Source of the DNA: Serratia phage PCH45
Sequence record: MN334766.1
Strand: one strand, 5' to 3'
Length of the DNA stretch: 40,000 nucleotides
Below are positions 24,670-32,719 of this stretch, one piece after another; the stretch's first letter is position 1, and each line of letters opens with the position of its first letter. The notes under the pieces are model-generated. The model was not told where the DNA came from. It did no database searches and worked only from the letters and a program-made list of their open reading frames with translations. Made by a program: the position numbers and the translations under genes.

Positions 24670-26223
24670 ATGAAGATCGTTCCAGGGTCTGTCGTAAAAG
24701 ATAACCATGAAGATGTTTGGGAAAGCGCTATAGTTTCACACAACAACAAGCACCTCGAATTCACATTTACCTTTTATGGTAAGTTGAAAGAGGGGACTCG
24801 GATGTTCCGCGACTTTAATAACTACCTCGGTTGGTTTGAGGAAGTTAATCCTCGTGGTGCACAGCAGTTGTTTGAAATCTTTGAAAAGGTTCACGGCGTG
24901 ATGGGTATCTTCTTCCCGACAGAAGAAACTCATTCTAAGATCCATGGCTTGGTGCGCGAGCTCATGCAGATCGTTACGTTAGAATCAGTTCAGTTATGGT
25001 CACGGTTTGACAAGAATATTGTTAACCCTGACATTGCAGAGGAGAAAGGAGCTAACTACAATCCAGAGCAAACTTATAATCGTCGTGAATACGATGAGCT
25101 GGTTAACCAGACTATTGTCTTAAAGCCGATGGTCTTGATTTGGGGTTCTTACGGGGCACGTGAAAAGAAACTGCCGACCGGAGCAGTAGAAGAGAAATTC
25201 CTCTCACTGTTACGTGCGACGCAAATAGAAGAAAGCGAACCGTATAAGCGCTTTAAAGTATTCGTTGACACTGTCACTTCTGGCAAGCTGACATTAGCAG
25301 GCGTACTCGATGGATTTTCCACCACGACACTGCCGCGTAAATGTTTCGCCTGTGCGATCGTCAATAAGCTAGCTATTATTGACCTGACCTGGGAAAGCGA
25401 CCTGGAAGGTGTAGGTAATCAAGTTGTCAGTATCGTTGCTAACACGCACCGTTACTTGAACACGGTTATCGACAGTATCAACAAAGGCGAAGTACAAACG
25501 TCTACGAAGATATTCAAAGACAAACAGTCTGGCGAAGAGGATAACACCTCAATCGCAGAGAACTATACCGTGAAGGAAGATATTGCAGAAGTGTCTAAGA
25601 TTTTCTTCGACTACTTCTCGAAATCAGCCAAGTTCATGGCGAAGCGTGCTAAACCTGATATCGATCTGGATTTCGTAGCCCGATTGGTACGTCACAACAC
25701 AGGCCGTGCGCAGTTCACACCGACTGAAGTACAGTACAAGTTTACTTCTATTATCATGGCGAAAGTTATTGGCGTGAGAAGTTTACCATACACTAACCGT
25801 CGCGGTGCATTGAACAGCTTCTCGATTGCGCAGTTGATCGCATTTGAACTTGGTTTCCCGAATATAGCAGCACTGTTAGGCGCTAGCTTATTCCTCGACC
25901 AGGATCGTATGGAGATCGAGCGTAACACCAAAGTACTTAAGTGCCAGATCCGTAATCAACAGATTGAAGCGCTTAACCAGTATTACCCGAACAAAAAGAA
26001 AGTAAAAGGCAGTCGTTCACCGTACAAGAATCCAGCTGAGATTGGTATCGAAGCATTGGCCGGTAGATTCGCCAAATATGTCTGGGACATTTCCGTTCCA
26101 GAAGAAATCCGTAAAGCAATGACGTTGGAACCTCACAGCAGCGGGGGCTGGTGCGTGAGAGATGACCTGCGTACAGAGCTTGCAGATTTTATTATTGCCA
26201 TTAACGAACATATTTACAAATAA
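24670..26223 (+). CDS. 517-aa protein of unknown function; positional candidate for the fifth (gp68-like) subunit of the non-virion RNAP
   Basis: Intact ORF between the beta' N-part and beta C-part loci; assignment is positional only. Confidence 0.3.
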   Translation: MKIVPGSVVKDNHEDVWESAIVSHNNKHLEFTFTFYGKLKEGTRMFRDFNNYLGWFEEVNPRGAQQLFEIFEKVHGVMGIFFPTEETHSKIHGLVRELMQIVTLESVQLWSRFDKNIVNPDIAEEKGANYNPEQTYNRREYDELVNQTIVLKPMVLIWGSYGAREKKLPTGAVEEKFLSLLRATQIEESEPYKRFKVFVDTVTSGKLTLAGVLDGFSTTTLPRKCFACAIVNKLAIIDLTWESDLEGVGNQVVSIVANTHRYLNTVIDSINKGEVQTSTKIFKDKQSGEEDNTSIAENYTVKEDIAEVSKIFFDYFSKSAKFMAKRAKPDIDLDFVARLVRHNTGRAQFTPTEVQYKFTSIIMAKVIGVRSLPYTNRRGALNSFSIAQLIAFELGFPNIAALLGASLFLDQDRMEIERNTKVLKCQIRNQQIEALNQYYPNKKKVKGSRSPYKNPAEIGIEALAGRFAKYVWDISVPEEIRKAMTLEPHSSGGWCVRDDLRTELADFIIAINEHIYK

Positions 26224-26235
26224 GGGGTTTTTTGT

Positions 26236-27705
26236 ATGTCCAAGCCAATTGTTACCAAATGGACCTTTTTCGAAACTGGTACGTTTGAAGATCAGGGCTC
26301 ACGCTCTTATCGCGCGAAAAACTTCGACGATAGCGTAGTTGATAAAATTCTCCGCACTACCGATGGTGGCCGAACCATTTCTGCCAGTACTATCAGTGGT
26401 GTTGTAAGCGACATCCTGGAATTAGATTCCAATGCAAACACTGACATCTATATCCCTAACGGATGGAATGAGCAGCGTTTAGCATTTATCCTCGAACTCT
26501 TATTGGACGAGGGTACTGAGAACGAACGCCGCCAGGTGCTGACCGGTTATACCGATAAGTCTGACCTGTCCCACAATAACCTGCTGGATCCGGAAACGCA
26601 GCTGTTCATCAACAACAGCTTCATCCTGAATACCTTTACCCTGGCAGATCATCGTGGTCGTCGTAAATCTCGTCGCGTAATGGCTAACGACTTTATTATT
26701 CGTTCAGCTCGTGAAGATGGTGGCGGTAGCCGTCGTAGTCGTCGCGGACGCGATGACGAAGTCGAAGTATTGTTGCGTTCTGAAGATATCTTCTACAAGC
26801 GCGACTCTGCCGGTATGTCCAGCAACTCTGGTCGTAACGTACGCGATGGTCGTATTCAGTTGACCGGTGAAGTTAAGTTAGGCCGTCGTGCTGATACTAA
26901 CGCATCCGATTATCTGTCCTCTATCCTTCGCCTGGGTGTTGGTTCAGAGATGCGCCGTCGTGCAGACGATTACCACTTCGCTGAAATCGATACTGATGCA
27001 GCACCAAGTTTCCAGCGTCAATCTGTAGACGAACTCGCATCTGGTTATACCCGTGCAGGTTCCCTCGATGACCATGGTATCTTCCGCGACTGGTTGATGG
27101 ACACCGACTTCGCTAACTGCGGCATGATTGAACTGCGTGATCTCGAAGACGCGGTTAACATGGACTGCGAACCGGACGTAATCATCCCAGGTCGTACTAC
27201 TCGTAAGTACGAACGTCATCATCGTGGTGACTTCGAAAACTGGGGCGGTTCTGGTCGTCAGGATATTATCCCTGACATTGTTAAGAATACGCTGACTTCA
27301 CTGCTGTTACGTTACACCATCAGCGAAGCTCAGATCCTCATTACCAACCAGACTGAACTGGGTGAAGTTATATGTAACATCAGTGGCGAGCGCTCACTGG
27401 TTGATGGCTTCGACCTGGAACCGATGTTGGACTCGCTGGAAGACCAGATCGCATTCGACCTCGGTAAGATCATTACCCGTAATGGTCACGAAGAAATTAC
27501 CGTACAGGTAGACTTCAACATGCTTTCCAGCATGATTATCGAAGTTGACCATCATGACGGTGCTGGCCCGGTTAAGTATAACGCAGCAATCTTTGCAGAT
27601 GGTCTTCAGACTAACCTGCGTGCTGATACAGAATCAATCCTTGACGATCTGGTTAACGATACCGATGATCTGATCAATGAGATCGTTGACAACGTTAACA
27701 GATAG
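26236..27705 (+). CDS. 489-aa protein with Arg/Asp/Gly-rich insert, unknown function
   Basis: ADHRGRRKSRRV...EDGGGSRRSRRGRDDEVE insert, acidic C-terminus. Confidence 0.6.
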   Translation: MSKPIVTKWTFFETGTFEDQGSRSYRAKNFDDSVVDKILRTTDGGRTISASTISGVVSDILELDSNANTDIYIPNGWNEQRLAFILELLLDEGTENERRQVLTGYTDKSDLSHNNLLDPETQLFINNSFILNTFTLADHRGRRKSRRVMANDFIIRSAREDGGGSRRSRRGRDDEVEVLLRSEDIFYKRDSAGMSSNSGRNVRDGRIQLTGEVKLGRRADTNASDYLSSILRLGVGSEMRRRADDYHFAEIDTDAAPSFQRQSVDELASGYTRAGSLDDHGIFRDWLMDTDFANCGMIELRDLEDAVNMDCEPDVIIPGRTTRKYERHHRGDFENWGGSGRQDIIPDIVKNTLTSLLLRYTISEAQILITNQTELGEVICNISGERSLVDGFDLEPMLDSLEDQIAFDLGKIITRNGHEEITVQVDFNMLSSMIIEVDHHDGAGPVKYNAAIFADGLQTNLRADTESILDDLVNDTDDLINEIVDNVNR

Positions 27706-27726
27706 TTAATAAAGAGAGAAAAATAA

Positions 27727-29148
27727 ATGTCTACTAAAGCTTTGGATAAGATGTACGATGAGATCAGTGCATCTTTTGGTTTCGGAAAGGATGAAGAAGG
27801 CGGCTGGGTAATTAAGGGACCTGGGGGAGACATCCCCCTTACCATCAAAGGTAAACAGGTCATCACTCCGACCGCAGAAGTATTGAAGCAAGCAGACTGG
27901 GATCGCTATCAGCCGTTCCATCCGCTGTGCGAAAACATTCGCCGTAAGAAGTCTCCGGTTATGGAGAAGATTCAGGCGTATGCAAGTAACCGACTGAAAA
28001 CAGTACTGGTTGAGATCATTGCAACCATGACTGAAATCGCGGTTAACTCTGACGGTCATGATAAGCTGACGGCTGACCAGCGTGAGTTCCTGACGATCTT
28101 TGAGAAGGCCAACGAGAAAACGTTGAAGAACTTCTCTACGCTGTTCCAAAAGGTTCTGACCTCGTCTCCCGGTGAAGCAGAACTGATTGCGATCGGTGTT
28201 CGTCGCGGCGGTAGCTGGAAAGGTGAAGAATACGCACGCCTGACCACAATCTCTTTCCCAATTATGGATGAAGAGTTTGCTGAGTCTGGTAAAGTGTTCG
28301 GCACTAACATCACTGTACGCGATAAAGAAATCCTGTACAAAGTGCTGCGTTACGTTCTGCCTAAGATCGATGATCCTGAAGCATATTGCTACGGTACTCG
28401 TTCTGAAATCGCGCCGATGTTCCACAGCCTGATGATGGCATATCATTCCGTAGCGGTTGATCTTAACCGTGTAACGAAGCTGATCGGCGGTATCGACAAA
28501 GACTTCCTGAAGCGCAATCTGATTGTAACCACCTGGTCAGCTCAGATGCCTACGCTGTTCGAATACAAAGATGTTATTCCTGTACTGGATGGCAACGATG
28601 GCGAACCGCAGCAGGACGATGTTGATAAAGAGCGTCGTAACCAGGAACGTCGTGACGAGCGTAAAGCACGTGACGATCGCTCTAACAGCCGTCGCCCGGT
28701 AAGTTCATCCTCCCCTCGTGGCGGTAACCCGTTTACAATGGGCCGTCGTCGCGAAGAAGACGAAGATGATGATCGTCGTAGCACTCGTTCACGTCGTGAC
28801 CGCGATGACCGTGACAGTCGCCGTGGACGGGATCGTGATCGTGATGATCGCCGTGGTAGTGACAATCCGTTCCTTTCCGGCGGACGTGGTCGCGATCGCG
28901 ATGAAGATGACGATTATTACGAAGACGATCGCCGCAGTCGCCGTTCTTCACGTGGCCGCGGTCGTGACCGTGACCGTGATGACGACTATGAAGATGATCG
29001 TCGTGGACGTCGCCGTGGTGAACCGGACCGTGATGAAAACGGTGTAACAATCGGCAATGGGCGTCGCAGCTCGTCTCGTTATGACGATGACTACGATGAT
29101 GATGACTATTACGACGACCGTCGCTATTCGCGCCGCGGACGTCGTTAA
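27727..29148 (+). CDS. 473-aa protein with ~180-aa Arg/Asp/Ser mixed-charge C-terminal domain
   Basis: C-terminus RRRDRDRDDRRGSDNPF...YYEDDRRSRRSSRGRGRDRDRDDDYEDDRRGRRRG...DDYDDDDYYDDRRYSRRGRR. Confidence 0.65.
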   Translation: MSTKALDKMYDEISASFGFGKDEEGGWVIKGPGGDIPLTIKGKQVITPTAEVLKQADWDRYQPFHPLCENIRRKKSPVMEKIQAYASNRLKTVLVEIIATMTEIAVNSDGHDKLTADQREFLTIFEKANEKTLKNFSTLFQKVLTSSPGEAELIAIGVRRGGSWKGEEYARLTTISFPIMDEEFAESGKVFGTNITVRDKEILYKVLRYVLPKIDDPEAYCYGTRSEIAPMFHSLMMAYHSVAVDLNRVTKLIGGIDKDFLKRNLIVTTWSAQMPTLFEYKDVIPVLDGNDGEPQQDDVDKERRNQERRDERKARDDRSNSRRPVSSSSPRGGNPFTMGRRREEDEDDDRRSTRSRRDRDDRDSRRGRDRDRDDRRGSDNPFLSGGRGRDRDEDDDYYEDDRRSRRSSRGRGRDRDRDDDYEDDRRGRRRGEPDRDENGVTIGNGRRSSSRYDDDYDDDDYYDDRRYSRRGRR

Positions 29149-29153
29149 CGGAG

Positions 29154-29185
29154 AGAGGGGCATTTGCCCCTCTTTTATTTTTTAT
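29154..29185 (+). terminator. intrinsic terminator AGAGGGGC-attt-GCCCCTCT-TTTATTTTTT
   Basis: 8-bp stem with T-rich tail. Confidence 0.8.
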
Positions 29186-29690
29186 GGCTAAGAGAGCTTT
29201 ACCATTAATTGAATGTTTGGAAGATGCGCTGCTGTCCTACGGTTATACTCTAGACGAAGTAAAGGAAAGTCTCATTCGCCTTGCTAAACATGATGAGATC
29301 TACCTGGAGTTAGAGAATAACAATAAGCTCGTACGTATAATCGATACCTGGCTATGGAGCAAAGGTTATTCTTTCAGAAATGAAGATTTCGACTTATCAT
29401 TCGTAGCAGAGAAAGACATCGAGTTCCTGACAGACTTTACTCATCAAGTTGTCTTAGATATCGATCCAACCACTGCGAGAAGATGGGTTGAGAAGACGAT
29501 TGAATACGTATCATCTCCCCAGTATTGGAAGTATGCACGTATCTTACGTATATTAGATGGCGTTACCTGCTTACCTAACGAGATCATTCCACCTGAAGTA
29601 ATAAGTCAGGCATTGAATGAAGCCCGTGATGAGCATTACGGTGATGACGTTGATGACCTTATTGAAAGTATAATACGGAGAAAGGAATGA
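29184..29690 (+). CDS. hypothetical protein, 168 aa
   Basis: Intact ORF; stop overlaps next start. Confidence 0.7.
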   Translation: MAKRALPLIECLEDALLSYGYTLDEVKESLIRLAKHDEIYLELENNNKLVRIIDTWLWSKGYSFRNEDFDLSFVAEKDIEFLTDFTHQVVLDIDPTTARRWVEKTIEYVSSPQYWKYARILRILDGVTCLPNEIIPPEVISQALNEARDEHYGDDVDDLIESIIRRKE

Positions 29691-30100
29691 AGAAAGGTCA
29701 TTTCATTGGTGAACAATGGTTGCGCGGAGTATTAAGTAAACGTGCAAAAGAGTTAGGAATGGATAACGACGCTGTAGATTACATTCTACAGGACCTTCGT
29801 AGCCGTGATGAGTTTGTAACAGACGTCATGGTAAACAGCATGTTCTTTAATTCTATTATTGATCGTGCAAACGCAGCAAACATCAATATCAGTGAAACAG
29901 AACGTTCAGACCTGAGTGATGAATTTGTTGCGGGATGCTGCTTCATGATTTTCAATCAACTTCAATCCTACGATGTAAAAGCGGAAGAAGTGATTAAGTG
30001 GTTCGATCCTGCTTGGGACTTTACCAAAGCTCGAATGGGGGAACGCGAACGCATTCTGAACATCATTAAGCGCTCCATGAAAAAGAAACAATTAAACTAG
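29687..30100 (+). CDS. hypothetical protein, 137 aa
   Basis: ATGA overlap with upstream ORF. Confidence 0.7.
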   Translation: MKKGHFIGEQWLRGVLSKRAKELGMDNDAVDYILQDLRSRDEFVTDVMVNSMFFNSIIDRANAANINISETERSDLSDEFVAGCCFMIFNQLQSYDVKAEEVIKWFDPAWDFTKARMGERERILNIIKRSMKKKQLN

Positions 30101-30133
30101 AGGGAGAGGCCATATGGCCTCTCCCTCTTTTTC
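30099..30133. terminator. bidirectional terminator AGAGGGAGAGGCC-atat-GGCCTCTCCCTCT
   Basis: 13-bp perfect stem at convergent junction, T tract. Confidence 0.9.
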
Positions 30134-30147
30134 TACGCCTGGTTCAC

Positions 30148-30492
30148 TTAGTTTGTATTAGGTAATGATGCTAAATAAATATCATGCAGCCTATCTATAA
30201 CATCTAGTTTCGGCCAGATGATATAGTCGAATTTATCATCAAATTCCAGCGGCGAACGCATGTTGTTACAACGCATGATAACGTACCAGTACTTGCGCTG
30301 TTCTGTTACGTTCTCTCGCAAGTAGCCATGGAAGTTGTGCTTGAAGTGTTCATGGGCTATTGGATCGACATTCAGTGCCTGTACATTATTGATTGTCATC
30401 AAATAGCTCAAGTTGTCCTCTACGGTGGTAAGCCAGAGCTGATCGAACCAGCTATTCTCGCCCGGATAGTTCATCAGATCTTTTATCGCCAT
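30148..30492 (-). CDS. hypothetical protein, 114 aa
   Basis: Single minus-strand ORF between terminator and divergent promoter region. Confidence 0.6.
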   Translation of the reverse strand: MAIKDLMNYPGENSWFDQLWLTTVEDNLSYLMTINNVQALNVDPIAHEHFKHNFHGYLRENVTEQRKYWYVIMRCNNMRSPLEFDDKFDYIIWPKLDVIDRLHDIYLASLPNTN

Positions 30493-30510
30493 AACAAAGA
30501 ACCTCTCGAA

Positions 30511-30520
30511 TATATATCAT
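30511..30520 (+). promoter_or_regulatory. promoter-like motif TATATATCAT
   Basis: 34-43 nt upstream of the RNAP beta fragment ATG (30554). Confidence 0.5.
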
Positions 30521-30543
30521 TAAATGGAGATCCATCCATTTAA
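30520..30543 (+). promoter_or_regulatory. 5'UTR hairpin TTAAATGGA-gatcca-TCCATTTAA
   Basis: Perfect 9-bp inverted repeat just upstream of AAAGGGG SD. Confidence 0.5.
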
Positions 30544-30553
30544 AGGGGAAAAG

Positions 30554-32719
30554 ATGGAAAAGACGCGAGTGGCTTCTTCAGTACAAGAAGCTGTTGTATC
30601 AAATAAGAAAAGAGCACTCGAGAATGAGCGATTACTTACACCCGAATTAATGGGGTTATCCACCAACATGGTTTCAATGGCAACGGGTGTTTCCGCATCA
30701 CGTGGCCAGATGGAAGGTGGACAAGCCGCTCAGACACTTGTGCTGAATAATCCAGACTATCCTCGTACTTATACTTGCGTAGAGCAGGAGATGGCGAAAT
30801 ACACGTTCGCTGCACGGGCGCGTTTTCACGCCGAAGTAATAGGAGTAGTCAACAGATTTCATACGGGCATGACGCGTGATTCGTTCATAAGTAACCCGTA
30901 CTCAGTGGCAATCGTTCGTAACCTGGAAAAGCGTGGTAATCATTTCGACCTCATCGATATCCCTAGCTATTATTCTTATCACAATAACTTCGGATACATG
31001 ACGGTCAAGAAGCCTGCTTTAAGCAAGATCCGTCGCCCTGGTAGACCGCACCTTAATAAAGGCGATGTCTTGGTTGATAGTCCAGGGGTTGGACCTGAAG
31101 GTTTCTACCGCCGTGGGCTACTCACAAAGCTTTGTTATCTAACGTCACCTTACGTGACTGAAGATGGATTCTGGGCATCATACGAATGGTGTGACCGTGC
31201 GGCTGCCACCGGTATCGGCGAGATCTTCGTAACCGTACCGAAAGGACATTACCTGTTACCTATTAATGGTACGCCGGATAATCCGAAGTTCCTTCCTTCA
31301 TTAGGCGAACCTATTCGTCCCGATGGAATGGTGCTTTGTACTCGTGAAGCAGATCCTATTCTTGATCTGTGGAACCTCACTCCTGAAGGTATGCGCGAAG
31401 TTGATCTTACGTTCGATGAACCTAAATACATCGAAGGCAGTTGCCGTAATGCGACCGTCATCAACATCGAAGTGTATCTGAACGAACAGGAGATGTCCCA
31501 GGTACAACCAGTTATGCTGGATCAGTATGGTCAGGAAATTCCTAACCAGCTCATGCAGATCTGGCAGGAACATAAACGTTACAGTGCAGATATCGTTAAG
31601 ATCGCTGAAGAGATTGAGGCAGAGTGTCCGCCTAACCGCCGCCCTAATTACTCGGGTCGCTTATCTGAAGAGATCGAACGTGCTCTGCACATCATGGCTT
31701 ATAAGAACCCTAAGCCAATCCGTTATCAGAATCATGGTACTAGTATTCCTACTGCTACCATCCGCATCACTTATAAGTACGATATCATCCCAGAGATCGG
31801 TTCCAAGATCGCAGGGGACTTCGGTGATAAAGGTGTATTGTGTCGTAAGACCCCTGGTTCTCACATGCCGTTAGACATGTACGGTACTCAGGCTGAACTC
31901 GTCTCACACGCAAATGCAACTATCAACCGTATGATTTCCGTACGCCTTGACGATAACTATCTGGGCGCGCAATGTATCCTTCGTGAGAAAGAGATTCGCG
32001 AACTGTATAATGCTGGTCGCTGGGAAGATGCATTCAGTATCATTTCCAGATTCTACGAGGTAGCAACACCACGAGCTTTCAAAGAGAAGTTCATTCCGTA
32101 CATGACAACACCAGAGCGACGCAAACGTCACGTCGAGTCCGTCGTTAATGGTCACATCATGCTCGAGTTGAAACACAATGACTTCCCGAACCATATTTAT
32201 CTAACGGAAGCATTGGAAGCAGAATGGCCCTATGAAAAAGGTCCTGTTCTGTTTACTGATACTCGAGGCGTCCGCCGTAAGACCAAAGTACCGGTCATGA
32301 TCGGGACCAGTTATATCCGTGTTCTGGAGAAAACAGGTCACGACTGGGGTGCAGTTGACTCACCTAGTCGTCAGGCGCATGGCATTGCTGCTAAGATCAG
32401 TCACCGTGATCGTCATGCTCGTCCTTATCGTAAACAGCCGTATCGTTATGGTGAGGCAGAGATCCGTCCATTAATTGCACTGGCTGGTGAAGACTTCGCA
32501 GCCGATTTACTGGATCGTAGTAATAACCCTAAAGCGAGCGAGGAAATATTCGAACGTATCATGGAAGCGGATCGCCCATCCGACATGAAGTTCGTGCTCG
32601 ATCGTAAGAAGCTGCCAGTCGGTAGCTCGGTTACCCACCAGTATCTCAACAATGCGATCTACACCGCAGGTGCTCGATTCAACCGTATTATAGCCGATAA
32701 GAAGGGAGGTAAGCGCTAA
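30554..32719 (+). CDS. multisubunit RNA polymerase beta subunit C-terminal fragment (non-virion RNAP-type)
   Basis: GSKIAGDFGDKGVLCRKTPGSHMPLDMYGTQAELV matches the beta GxKxAGRHGNKGVxS...EDMPxxxxG block; VPVMIGTSYIRVLEK and RYGEAEIRPLIALAGEDFAADLL resemble beta C-terminus. Confidence 0.85.
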   Translation: MEKTRVASSVQEAVVSNKKRALENERLLTPELMGLSTNMVSMATGVSASRGQMEGGQAAQTLVLNNPDYPRTYTCVEQEMAKYTFAARARFHAEVIGVVNRFHTGMTRDSFISNPYSVAIVRNLEKRGNHFDLIDIPSYYSYHNNFGYMTVKKPALSKIRRPGRPHLNKGDVLVDSPGVGPEGFYRRGLLTKLCYLTSPYVTEDGFWASYEWCDRAAATGIGEIFVTVPKGHYLLPINGTPDNPKFLPSLGEPIRPDGMVLCTREADPILDLWNLTPEGMREVDLTFDEPKYIEGSCRNATVINIEVYLNEQEMSQVQPVMLDQYGQEIPNQLMQIWQEHKRYSADIVKIAEEIEAECPPNRRPNYSGRLSEEIERALHIMAYKNPKPIRYQNHGTSIPTATIRITYKYDIIPEIGSKIAGDFGDKGVLCRKTPGSHMPLDMYGTQAELVSHANATINRMISVRLDDNYLGAQCILREKEIRELYNAGRWEDAFSIISRFYEVATPRAFKEKFIPYMTTPERRKRHVESVVNGHIMLELKHNDFPNHIYLTEALEAEWPYEKGPVLFTDTRGVRRKTKVPVMIGTSYIRVLEKTGHDWGAVDSPSRQAHGIAAKISHRDRHARPYRKQPYRYGEAEIRPLIALAGEDFAADLLDRSNNPKASEEIFERIMEADRPSDMKFVLDRKKLPVGSSVTHQYLNNAIYTAGARFNRIIADKKGGKR

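Noticed and set aside
28600-29140. Short-period repeats that might suggest a CRISPR array or tandem-repeat locus
   Set aside because: Irregular periodicity, uninterrupted reading frame and amino-acid-level repeats (RD/RS/RG); no direct repeats with unique spacers.
28718-29163. Several ORFs on both strands (28718, 28733, 28948) in the repetitive C-terminal coding region
   Set aside because: Products are His/Val/Thr or Ser/Arg homopolymer-like translations of the RD-repeat DNA in other frames.
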